From Nemertoderma westbladi (Eukaryota > Animalia > Xenacoelomorpha): DNA of 45,322 bases. The notes under the pieces were generated by a model. The model made no database searches. It worked only from the letters and a program-made list of their open reading frames with translations, and had not been told where the DNA came from. Both the position numbers and the translations under genes were made by a program. The stretch is taken from assembly GCA_032718475.1 (NCBI GenBank), contig JAUCBJ010003499.1, positions 1 through 45,322 of the forward strand, given 5' to 3'. Positions 22,893-33,361 of the stretch are shown one piece after another; within the stretch, counting starts at the first letter, position 1, and each line of letters begins with the position of its first letter.

Positions 22893-25354
22893 TTCATCTC
22901 ATCTCCATTGAATTTGACGATCTCTCCCACTTTGACCGCTTGGCGGGCTTCTGTTCTAGCCATCTGACGCGTAAAGCTTTCTTGGGCCATCGTGTTATTT
23001 AATATCGAATTATCGGTATATAAATTTCTCGGATCATTATCAGGTCTATAAGGAATATCATTAACAACAGGTCTATAATCACCCTTAATAGGGTTTGCTA
23101 TAGGAGTTTCTACTTCACTAGCAGTATAGATGCGTGTAGGCTCCACACCTTGCGCATGTAATACTTCAGACCTAACAGGTTGACACAATTTTACAGGGGG
23201 TATGGGTATACCCTTTTGGATGTTGACTAATTTGTCGCGTTCTAGCGCGATACTTTGCTGCACTTCTTGCAATTCGGCCCTACCTTCCCTTACTGTTCCC
23301 TTAAGTTGGTAGACAGTCTCCTGCATCTGTCCGAGCAGGAGATTCATCCCACGCCGTCCCTCCTCTACCCACTCGACCGCCGAAGCGGGAGTCGCCAACA
23401 TTGTAGCGGGCTGACGCGGGACGACAGGAGACAAATCTTTGATTTCTCTCTCAGATTCCAGGACAGGGATATTCTCATGGACTGTTCTACCGGGTACAGG
23501 CAGTGTAGTACTGTGTAAAGGGAACTTAGAGTTAAGCTCTGGAAGTACAGGGGTCTCTAGCACAGGAGTGACTTTGGGAACGACAGGCCTAATTATTTCA
23601 GGCTCATCAACTATAGTAGGGAGTTTATTGACCTTAATAATTTGGTCTGTAGGTTCTATTCTACTTAAGTCTGTGCTAGCTAGTTGTCTTCTCACAGCTG
23701 GGGGCAACTCAGGCAATTTGTGACGGTAAGATGTTTTTCTACGCCTGCTTAGACGAGATCTATTTCCTCCGCCTTCAGGATCGGTGGTTTCGCTTTCCTC
23801 CGATGACGTATATCCCTGGCGTTTGGGAGTAGATCTTCTCATCATCTGCATGTGACTAGCAGTTAACTGTTTATTTATGTTATCTTGCGTCTCTTGCAGA
23901 TTTTCCAACTCCAGTTGGGTAGTCTCCTCAGAGGCTCTCCGTTCTGCTTCTGCCACTGCCTTTGCTGCTTTTCTTTCTGCTTCTGCTTCTGCTTCTGCCG
24001 CCGCTGCCTTTCTTTCTGCTTCTGCTTCTGCCGCCGCTGCCTTTCTTTCTGCTTCTGCTGCTTTTCTTTCTACTTCTGCTTCTGCCGCCGCTGCCTTTCT
24101 TTCTGCTTCTACTTCTACCGCCGCTGCTTTTCTTTCCGCTTCCACTTCGGCCATTGCCGCTGTTACTGCAGCTGCCTTTCGGTCCTCTATCCGTTTTTTC
24201 TTTACTTGTTCTTCTTGGACTCTAGTGAGGCGGAGTTTTTCATCAAATTCAGCTTGGTTAGCAGCTAACATTTCAGCATCGATTGAGTCTAACACACGCT
24301 GGGTTCCTTCACTATTAGGGGAAAGTCCAGACAGCCGTCTCCTCAACTCTTCGTCTCCTAGGAATCGCTGATAGTCGGACAGATAAATGTCGATGGCGTC
24401 TCTCGTTCGTGGTCTCTCTGCGGTCTCTTCGCCTTCCACTTGAGAAAGGGTGGCATCGGTTGGTTCTTCATAGGTTAGTCTCTCAGACAGCTGGGATTTC
24501 CACTGGTCCGTTTCTTGCACTTTGAGACCTACTCGCTGGAACCAAGTCTTAACAGCAACCTGCAGCGACGTGTCCTGTCTTCTTTTGGAAGTTTCCTCAA
24601 AGGCTGATAGGACTAGTCTAATACGTAGGGTTCTTTCGCGTACTTGATAAAGCAGCTCTTCCTGCTCTTGAGGTCCTTGGGGTTGTCGAAACAGTTGTTC
24701 TTCTAATCGCTCTAAGGAGCCGAAGAATCCCTGCACATATCCTGCTGCCGACCTCTTCCAAACAGCTGGATCCATTGTATCTTTAGTCACTCCCATCCTG
24801 TGTATATCTTCCCAAGTAGCTTCGGACAAATCTAACGGGAGTCCGGGTCCGGGAAAGTTCCATTGTGACTCGACAATAGACATCAATTCTTCCCTGGCGT
24901 ATCCCGCATAATTATCTTGGGTCGCTCGCTTACCTCTCGCCCAATCGGCTTGATGTTCCTCCACCGCAATCAATATAGTAGTTAGCACTGTGGCAGGAAG
25001 GGTGAGAAGGGGATCCGAGTAGGCTGTAGCCGCCATCTGCAATCCGCGTTCGGGGGTCAGCTCTTCAGTATCCGAACTACTGGAGCCATCTGATCGCTGC
25101 GAACAAGTTTCTTGACTAGGATGTTGCTGCTGTTGGACAGCTGCTTCCTGGTTCCGTTTGACTTGGGCCCGAGTGCCGATGATAGACCTACGGTGTTGGA
25201 TTAGCTTAGGGTCTGATACTACTACTGGAGGGATGACCTTTCTTTCAGTAGGAGGTGAGCTGAACTCCTTTCTTAATCGCTCCACACTCCTATCTGTGTC
25301 ACAGATGGTTGTATCGATTAGACTGTCTGACAGGTTTTGCTGAGTGTCAGACAT
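22784..25354 (-). CDS. Long gag N-terminal region with Ala/Glu/Lys coiled-coil repeats
   Basis: 856-aa ORF with (AEAERKAAA)n at ~23935-24180 and KFNGDEMKW, the start of the BEL gag core. Confidence 0.85.
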   Translation of the reverse strand: MSDTQQNLSDSLIDTTICDTDRSVERLRKEFSSPPTERKVIPPVVVSDPKLIQHRRSIIGTRAQVKRNQEAAVQQQQHPSQETCSQRSDGSSSSDTEELTPERGLQMAATAYSDPLLTLPATVLTTILIAVEEHQADWARGKRATQDNYAGYAREELMSIVESQWNFPGPGLPLDLSEATWEDIHRMGVTKDTMDPAVWKRSAAGYVQGFFGSLERLEEQLFRQPQGPQEQEELLYQVRERTLRIRLVLSAFEETSKRRQDTSLQVAVKTWFQRVGLKVQETDQWKSQLSERLTYEEPTDATLSQVEGEETAERPRTRDAIDIYLSDYQRFLGDEELRRRLSGLSPNSEGTQRVLDSIDAEMLAANQAEFDEKLRLTRVQEEQVKKKRIEDRKAAAVTAAMAEVEAERKAAAVEVEAERKAAAAEAEVERKAAEAERKAAAAEAEAERKAAAAEAEAEAERKAAKAVAEAERRASEETTQLELENLQETQDNINKQLTASHMQMMRRSTPKRQGYTSSEESETTDPEGGGNRSRLSRRRKTSYRHKLPELPPAVRRQLASTDLSRIEPTDQIIKVNKLPTIVDEPEIIRPVVPKVTPVLETPVLPELNSKFPLHSTTLPVPGRTVHENIPVLESEREIKDLSPVVPRQPATMLATPASAVEWVEEGRRGMNLLLGQMQETVYQLKGTVREGRAELQEVQQSIALERDKLVNIQKGIPIPPVKLCQPVRSEVLHAQGVEPTRIYTASEVETPIANPIKGDYRPVVNDIPYRPDNDPRNLYTDNSILNNTMAQESFTRQMARTEARQAVKVGEIVKFNGDEMKWLPFNEYYKDSIQHTYYLTERNLGSSSSAWKDLPS

Positions 25355-26697
25355 GTTTAGCTATACAGTTGAATGTCTACTGCTATAGTTACAGTTAAAG
25401 CAAGTCTAGTAATTCAGTATGACCGTTGGCCTAGTACCGGTAATTTATTACAGTATATTAGAATACTGGTATACACTTATAGTATATATAAGTATTGTAA
25501 ACTAGGTTTGTCACAGAGTACCGGTATATAATTTTAGCACAAATATATAAATATATAATAGGCCTATCGTGAATACCGGTATACAGCTTACACTTATAGT
25601 ATATATAAGTATAATTATGAACTAGAATTAATCACAGAATACCGGTATGATTTCAGCTCAAATTTATAGAAATAAATATAATAAGCCTATGGTAAATACC
25701 GGTATGTCAATTATTTTTAGAATAATTGAATTTCTGAATATTTTAGGGTTACTTGGTTACTTTAACTTACTTTGTTACCGTTATTTAAGCAGTAGTCCAA
25801 CTGATTTTGAGACCTAGTTGTTGTATGGCAGGCCTACTATTTATAAATCGTTTGAGTTGATTTATAATAGATATATACCCGTTTAAAAGGGGTTTTGTCA
25901 ATATTTGAAATAAATGTTATTATTTCTGGGGGAGTCACTACACAGAAGCTGTGCGCTCTCAGTGAAGTGCTACCTATGGGACACTAAAACAGATAATTCT
26001 AATTTACCTAAGTTACTTAATACTACAAATTACTTACGATACGGGTGAGATTAAATCTCTAATTAAACACAACAAAAATATTACGTACGAAATTTTAGGG
26101 TAATTTTACAGGAAGTCTACAAACCAGCCTAACAAAGGGTTAGAATTCTGGTTATTACAACGGACAGGGTACTACGGTATTTGAAAATAATAAGTAGTAG
26201 TAAATACACTGCGTTGTCCAGATAGGAAAATACCACCGCCTGATGACCTATAACCGTATCGCTATAGGTACTACGTTATGTATCACAGAGTGTTCCTACC
26301 TAGAAGTTAATTACCGCGGACTACCAGATCCAGCGTGCCTATTAACCACTTTACAACACAAATATACTGCCAACACACTAATTACCTCGGAAAGCACTGT
26401 ACACTAAACCCTAAATTAGGTACAAGTACTGGTACAACAAATAATCAGTAGTTAAATATACTTGAACAGTTAAAAGAACCACGGCATCTGCTGGAGTGAC
26501 CGAAGCACAAAGTCACCAGTCTTTTCCTACGCCAAGCAGCCCGTGTAGTACCGGGGTTAATTTAACTATAACGGTATGTGTAACAAACACAATTACTGTA
26601 GGAAAAAACTTGGGGACATGAATGTTGCGAATAATCGCATAAACTCTGAATAATAAATATTACGCTACCCGTACAGAATACTCAAACAAAATACAAA

Positions 26698-27178
26698 CCA
26701 AACGCTGGCAGACTACCACCAAGCCTAAATAAACTACAGTATGTGCAGATTCCAAAATGGTTAGTTAGTATGCGTTCTAACACGGTAGTACGACTTATTC
26801 TTTAAGAGGGGATTGACCTTACAGCTCTGGCTGCCCCAACTTACTAACTGGCACTTTATCAGACAAACTCTACACACGCAGCAATCTCTTCAGACTTAAT
26901 AATAGCTAGACAACAATCCAGCCTACAAAATATCTGAGTAATAACTATTACGGTACCTGAACAGACCACACAAACAAACACAGGCCAAAACGCTGGCAGA
27001 ATACTGTCAAGCCTAAATAAACTACAGTATGTGCAGATTCCAAAATGGTTAGTTAGTATGCGTTCTAACACGGTAGTACGACTTATTCTTTAAGAGGGGA
27101 TTGACCTTACAGCTCTGGCTGCCCCAACTTACTAACTGGCACTTTATCGGACAGACTCTGCACACGCTGCAATCTCTC
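26698..27178. repeat. Direct duplication (~190 bp, ~289-bp spacing) in the 2.2-kb 5' leader
   Basis: AAACGCTGGCAGA...CAAGCCTAAATAAACTACAG...GGCACTTTATC nearly identical at ~26700 and ~26988. Shorter repeats at 25470-25705 and 27400-27520. Confidence 0.92.
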
Positions 27179-27589
27179 CAGACCCAACAACAATCCGACA
27201 ACAGTCCGGCCTACAGTTATCTGAACAATCTGAGCAGACTTACACGTCTTCAGCTCAATATTAACTTACATGTAAATAAAACCGACAGAAATAAGTAAAA
27301 TCTCAATAAAAAAACCAGGGCTGCAGTCCCTGATTAAATACTAAGACCTACCGGTATACAATAATCAAAATCGAATAATACTAATGTACTTATACTGGAA
27401 GTACCGGTTAGGACAGTTGGGCCTACGGACCTACAGAAGTACCGGTTCTGGCAGTTGGACCTACGGACCTACAGCAGTACCGGATCTGGCAGTTGGGCCT
27501 ACTGACCTACAGAAGTACTGGTTCGGGTTTACCGGTCGACCGGTACTTTCAACTTTATTGCTTACTGCAATAAAGTCAATAACTGTTAT

Positions 27590-28849
27590 TGTACGCGCTT
27601 TTGAAGACCTTTAGCAGTTTAACCCGCCAAAATTTATATGTCTTTCGGTTTATAAATAGACTTTAGAAGTTGACAAATATTTAATACCAATAAACACAAC
27701 ATTAGCAGAAGCCAGCCTAGTGCGCGTCCATTCACCCGCTGGATATACCCGGGAGACTGGATTCTGAGGGCTTAGATTATTATTGCAGTGCAAGCTTACT
27801 GTATTATTCGATTGATCGTTAATAAATAATTTCTGACTAATATTATTCACTTTCGGGAAATATTAACAGTTCCTTTAGGACGTGGCGCTCTATCTAGGTA
27901 AACAGAGATATGACTTATACTAATCACAACGGTAAGTCGGTAAGGCTTATGATTCACGTATGAGGCGCATACTTTAGGAAATGCTTAGTTATCAGTCACA
28001 ATCAGGCACACTACCGGTAACACACAATACTGCTCACTAATTTGCCGACCGTCAATGAATTTTATCATATATAAAGAGAACAGCAACGGACTCATGTAGT
28101 GCTTATCAAATAGCATTAAATTCACTACAAACCACAATAATATAAGTCACAATCGCTATATATAACCCGTCTCTCTAACCTGTAGTGTATCAAGAAAATT
28201 GGGAAATTTGGGTTCTTTATAAATGTTCTCCAAATAATATTCAACCAAAACACAACAGTAAATAGCAGTATAATAATGTATGTTGAACCGATAATGCAAG
28301 ACTGAACTGAGTTGCACCGATTGATATGGACCGATAACAGTTATACGCTCTATAATTTAAGCCTACTAATGTTTCTTCTAAAGTATGAAAACGAATTGAC
28401 TCTAGAGCCGGTGTTCCTGGCCTAGATAGCAACAACACAACAGTATCACAAAAAACAGTAAGACTGAACACTCCTAGCATCATCGGCCGAATATCTACAC
28501 GTCGACAGAAAATATCGCTCTGATTGGCTCAAGCCAAACAAAGAACCATGCGTCCAATGGCTGTTTCCATGCCAGCAACCGCAACCAGCTGCTAGATGTC
28601 GCAATCTGAATCATCAAGGCCAAGCCGTGTAAAGGTATTTGGTGCATTGCGGGTTTTTTGCCTTACCATGTCCGCCAAAGCACGTATATAGAAGAATGAC
28701 TTTTATGTCCGTTAAAACACCTGTAACGGTACCTTGCGGGCGAGAGGAATATATATACAGTTAGAGAACCTTTTAGAGTATTCCAGCGCCTGGGGGGAAA
28801 CTGGATTGCGAAGCAAAGGGGCCAGTTATATCCCACAGAAGCTTTTACA
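27590..28849 (-). repeat. 5' LTR (1260 bp)
   Basis: TGTACGCGC...CTTTTACA on the plus strand. Candidate TCAGTT initiator on the minus strand near 28310. Confidence 0.96.
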
Positions 28850-30020
28850 TAAACAGTATAATGTAGAGTCTGTGTTGCTATTAGCAGCCCCTGTTTGATC
28901 TCTTTCCGTGTACTGCAGAATATACCACATATGTTGAAGGATTTACACACCAGGATGCTACGCATAGTTTACGACGGTGTAGGATATCTTAACAACGGAT
29001 GGATTGTAAAATCACGGCAGATGTCAAAACCAAGAAACACCGGCAGGAACGACGAATGAGTCTCCCCGCCCGCCGTTATCAGCCAGTGTGAGCTGGTCGA
29101 CTATTGACATTTCTAAAACCTGGAATGTCTAGTAAATCACACTTCTTGTCTTGATAGCGATAACGCATTGGCATAGGGGACTTAATGGCTGATCGGAAAG
29201 GGTATTTATACCAAACCACACATCAAAAACCCGCGAACAACAAAGCCAATGCCGCTGCCACACAATATAGCTTGGAATTTAACGCCTCATATCGCGATCG
29301 GTGGCTGACTCGCTGCTTTGCGTCGATTCTCGCTCGTTTGCGGGCCTGTAGTTGAGAATGTGATTCCTAACCACCAATTATTTCTAATCCCAGGCGGAAC
29401 TCTAGCGCTGGCTTTAAATAATTCACTTACAGTAGATAAAACAAATTCTCTAAATAAACGGAAGATGGCGCGAAATCACAACATGTATTATCCGTTGTTG
29501 GTCCCCGGAGCCTGTCGTTTCTCTGTCGAAATTAATGGAACTTTAAAAAAGTGGAAATTACCAAATCATACTGCATATGCGTAAGAGGGCAAAGTAGCAG
29601 AAAAGGTCAAAAATCTCGCTGCAATTAAAATAAAATATGTTATATATGTATGAATTATTATTATTAATGTAAATAAGTATATTCTATGCAAAGTATTTTT
29701 TGTTCTAGAACATAAAGTACATGCCTGTCTGTCCTATACGTTCTCGGAAGATACCAATCCACATCTCAATTAATATTTATTTTATCTGGTAGGATATTAA
29801 AAATCTTAAATTATTTCGCGAAGATTTTTCACATAAAAAACTTGGGTTTGCTTTATTAATTTTAACTTTAGGCTACATTTATGATTCATGAAAAAGGTGT
29901 CAGACAATAATACAATATTACTGACATCAAAGGGCAATTTTCGGGGACGCTAAAGCTAACGGGCGGTGTTACAGTAGGCCTACTGTACCTCAATTTAGTA
30001 GATATATTTAGTACATACTG

Positions 30021-30395
30021 TAGGTTCGATCCCTAGACGGAGCTGCACTGTTGGGTAAGCTATGTAGCAGCCTAGCCCACCCAGTCACCCAGACCTTCAT
30101 CCTAGACTAGAACATAAAGGGGAACCAAGGTAAGTTGGGAAGAAAAGTTGAAGATTTTAGGGGCACACTACTGGAGAGCAAAAAGTCACCAAAATTGCCA
30201 GCCATTGCGTAGTGACCCAAATTACTGTAAGTTAGCATGTCGATGCTTTCACTACGGGCTAAATACATATTGTCCGTAGCTTACTCCTGATGACACTTAA
30301 TGCTGTTTCAAGACCGGTATTATTCCGTGAGCACTGGGTTGCCTCGGTGTACCTATCGCACGATAGGGGTGCTCACGTAAACTATAATCAATCAC
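30021..30395 (+). mobile_element. Probable 5'-truncated tRNA-derived SINE remnant
   Basis: B box GGTTCGATCCC at ~30023, core-like CACCCAGACCTTCATCCT, and a short (AATC)n tail at ~30385. No A box seen. Confidence 0.45.
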
Positions 30396-31493
30396 TCTGG
30401 ACTAGGGTTTTTTTTGCTCGTTGTTAACTACAGTAGATCTGGTAGAAATATAAAGTCATATACATGTAAACCATTCCTTTATGCTGCGTTGTATGTGAAT
30501 AATTGGACTTGTGAGGTGTGACTTATTTAGAATTGCTTGTAGGACATTATATAAGGAGACGTAGGATTAAGTGTACACGTTGCACGCGCATTGTACATGT
30601 ACAGTATACACGGCCCTATTGCTGTACAGTACATCGTGATTATCAGTTGTTTTAGTTGGGGAATAATATTACAGTACTGGCAGGCATGCACGCACAGTGG
30701 GTTTGAACGGAGACCTTCTGTAAATTAATGCTGCGGTTGGCACTCACCAGATTGAAAAGTAGCGTGATGTTATCTCGTCCTCAGTGTATTCTCCAAACAA
30801 TACTGGCAATATTACTAATTAATTGACAATGAATAATGATAAAAATATCAATAAACATGGTAGCGTATATGCGTTGCGATGAAAATGTCAGGCTTTCTGT
30901 GATTACAGGGGGTCTGCACAGAACGAAGCAATAACTAAGATGACATGAAACTTAAGCTTAGCTGTATGAGATGAACTACTGCATTATATACCATTACCTA
31001 ATGTATGCAGCGCACTGTACAACAAGCAATGAGTTTCAAAAGCCAATCAGAACAATTGTTGTTAAACAGCAGTACAAATATTACTATGGGTTGCGGCCAA
31101 TGAGATTAGACAGCTACAAATTATTTTATCAATATAGGAAACTTTTTTAATAATAAAACCAATCATCAAAATTAATAAAGATAACTGGAGGAGAACTGAC
31201 CAATAAACAAATTATGATAGGCATGCAGCATGCATCAAACTAGTAAAAACGTACAAAAACAAAACTACTTACAAGCCTTCATGGAAAGAACCCAGTGAGT
31301 TCCCGAATGGCCGGGCAATTCGCGTCACTGGATTTCGTCCACGGAGGGGGGGGGGGGGGGGGGGGGGGAACAGGGCCTCTGAGGAGCCACATAGCGGCAT
31401 TGCCACGCCATAATGAAACGGACAAGGTTACAAATCAATGCACAGCAAATGCTATAATTAGGCACTGCGAAGAATACTGCTACTGGCATTCAT

Positions 31494-32540
31494 GTGGGGC
31501 GAGCCACGAAAGTAAGCGAGCTTAGCATACGGGTAAAAACTAACTCAATCGGTGTGTCTGTGGGCCGAGCGACGTAAGTAAGCGAGCTTAGCATGGCTAC
31601 CACTAACTCAATCTGTTGTTCTGTTATGTCAAATTTTAAACGTTCATAACTCAGCCAAATCATAATGAAATCTATCCAAACTTGGTACACATGTTGTTTG
31701 GCAAATGTTTATAAATTTTCCAAGTTGATTTACGTGTGTCCTTCGAGAAGGTAAGATAAATTCAGTTAATTAATTAATGATTAATTAATTAATGTTGGTT
31801 AGGGTAAAAACAGCATTTTCAACATGACGTTTGATGGAAATTAATTATTTTATAGTATAAGATATAAATAATTATACTTAAAAATTATACAGCTGTAATC
31901 CCCATACCGCATTCAATTACCGGTATAGTTTTTAATTAGTTCAAGTGATTTGCTTTTAAGAAATGTGTTTTTAATTGATCTAAACTTTATTATGTTATCA
32001 AAATGCATCCCGTCGCTCTATACTTCCATCTCCCCATTCCTTGGCATGCTTGTTATTGCCTAGCCTAGCTGCTGGCCCTGGGAGCCAGTCCAACCACCAC
32101 TACTCGGCAATTGGTAATTACATCTATATGACAAAGGCACTAGTGTAAGGTGCCTGACTAATAAGCCAGCTTGTTTATTATTTATCTCGCAAAATGATTG
32201 TTTGAGCATTTAATCGTAATTCGTAATACTGTAGAATAATTAGCTAAATAATTTCGTTGAGGTGTTGACGTGATAAATTAATATTTCAGTATTGTAATCG
32301 ATTTTTCGCGCCTTCGTAGGCAACACAACAAAAAATACAACAAAAAATCGCGATTTTAATTTAGAATGCAATAATTACAACATAATTATTCCCTTCCCCT
32401 TCCCTCCACACCTCAATACCCCCTTTCCAGTCAACCATACTGCAATATTACCAGCATCCCTTCTGATAACCACCACCCAATAAGGGAGCTCTGTTAATAC
32501 ATCCTTTTCTTTCCTATTGTATGTATCCTACTGTATGAAT
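31494..32540 (-). mobile_element. Diverged inverted relative of the 37434-40660 repeat (HINE/Helentron-like)
   Basis: ATGAAATCTATCCAAACTTGGTACACATGTTGTTTGGCAAA and TTTTTAATTAGTTCAAGTGATTTGCTTT are reverse complements of blocks at 38660-38940. The terminal motif is doubled at 31494 and 31560. The right boundary is approximate. Confidence 0.75.
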
Positions 32541-33361
32541 CAATATAAGGGGGCGTTAATAAAGTATGTCACGCAAATCTTCCCAATCTGTCACTTTAGT
32601 AAATTTGTAGACACCCAAACAATACCAATACCCCCCCCCCCCCCCCCCCTCCAGATAAAAAATGTTTAATGTCAATAATATACAATGTTTGTTATGCCAA
32701 AACCAAGGACTGGCATACGGTAAATCCAGACTTCGCTAGCGAATGTTGTATTCGTTACTGGTAACGAGTTTGAATGATAATCCATACACATTTCTGGGGT
32801 AGAAATTATGGAGAATTTATTTCTGGTATTAGTTTTTTGAATTATCTGTTACTTTCATGAATTGTTTTCTATATTATTTGTGTTTATAAATTATGTAGTC
32901 CCTTTCGTTATGTCCTTTTGAAGTCCTTCATTATCAGGTGCCGTTATTTAGTTTCTATGAATTCATTCATTATTTGTTTAAAGACGCACCACAAATTTCA
33001 TTATATTATAATTACTTTATAGGCCTATTATTAGGCAGTAATTTTATATTATCACTTTATTTTACTACCGTACTTTTTATTAATATCAGGTACTTTATGT
33101 TATTACTTTATTTATATTACCTTATTTATATAATTATTTATTACGATTTCCGACCCAATATTCCCCGCCCAAGCTTGAAAACACATCAATGGCCCCGATA
33201 TGGGCTCTTTATCAATTAAATAGATTAAGTAACAATCCTGAAAATTAAACATAAAATAGTGTTTCAAGTGTTTAAAGAGTCTCCCCGGACGCGGACTCAA
33301 CATGTGATGACTCCCCTGTAGAGAAATATCTCAGTTTTAACATATAGAACAATATAATTAT

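Larger units (their letters stand above)
14101..28849 (-). mobile_element. BEL/Pao LTR retrotransposon, 14.75 kb, both LTRs present, 5-bp TSD TAAAC
   Basis: TG...CA direct repeats. TAAAC at 14096-14100 and 28850-28854. Domain order gag(3xCCHC)-PR-RT-RH-IN on the minus strand. Confidence 0.96.

Noticed and set aside
23877-24371. Ala/Ser, Cys/Phe and Leu-rich ORFs
   Set aside because: Antisense readings of the gag repeat.
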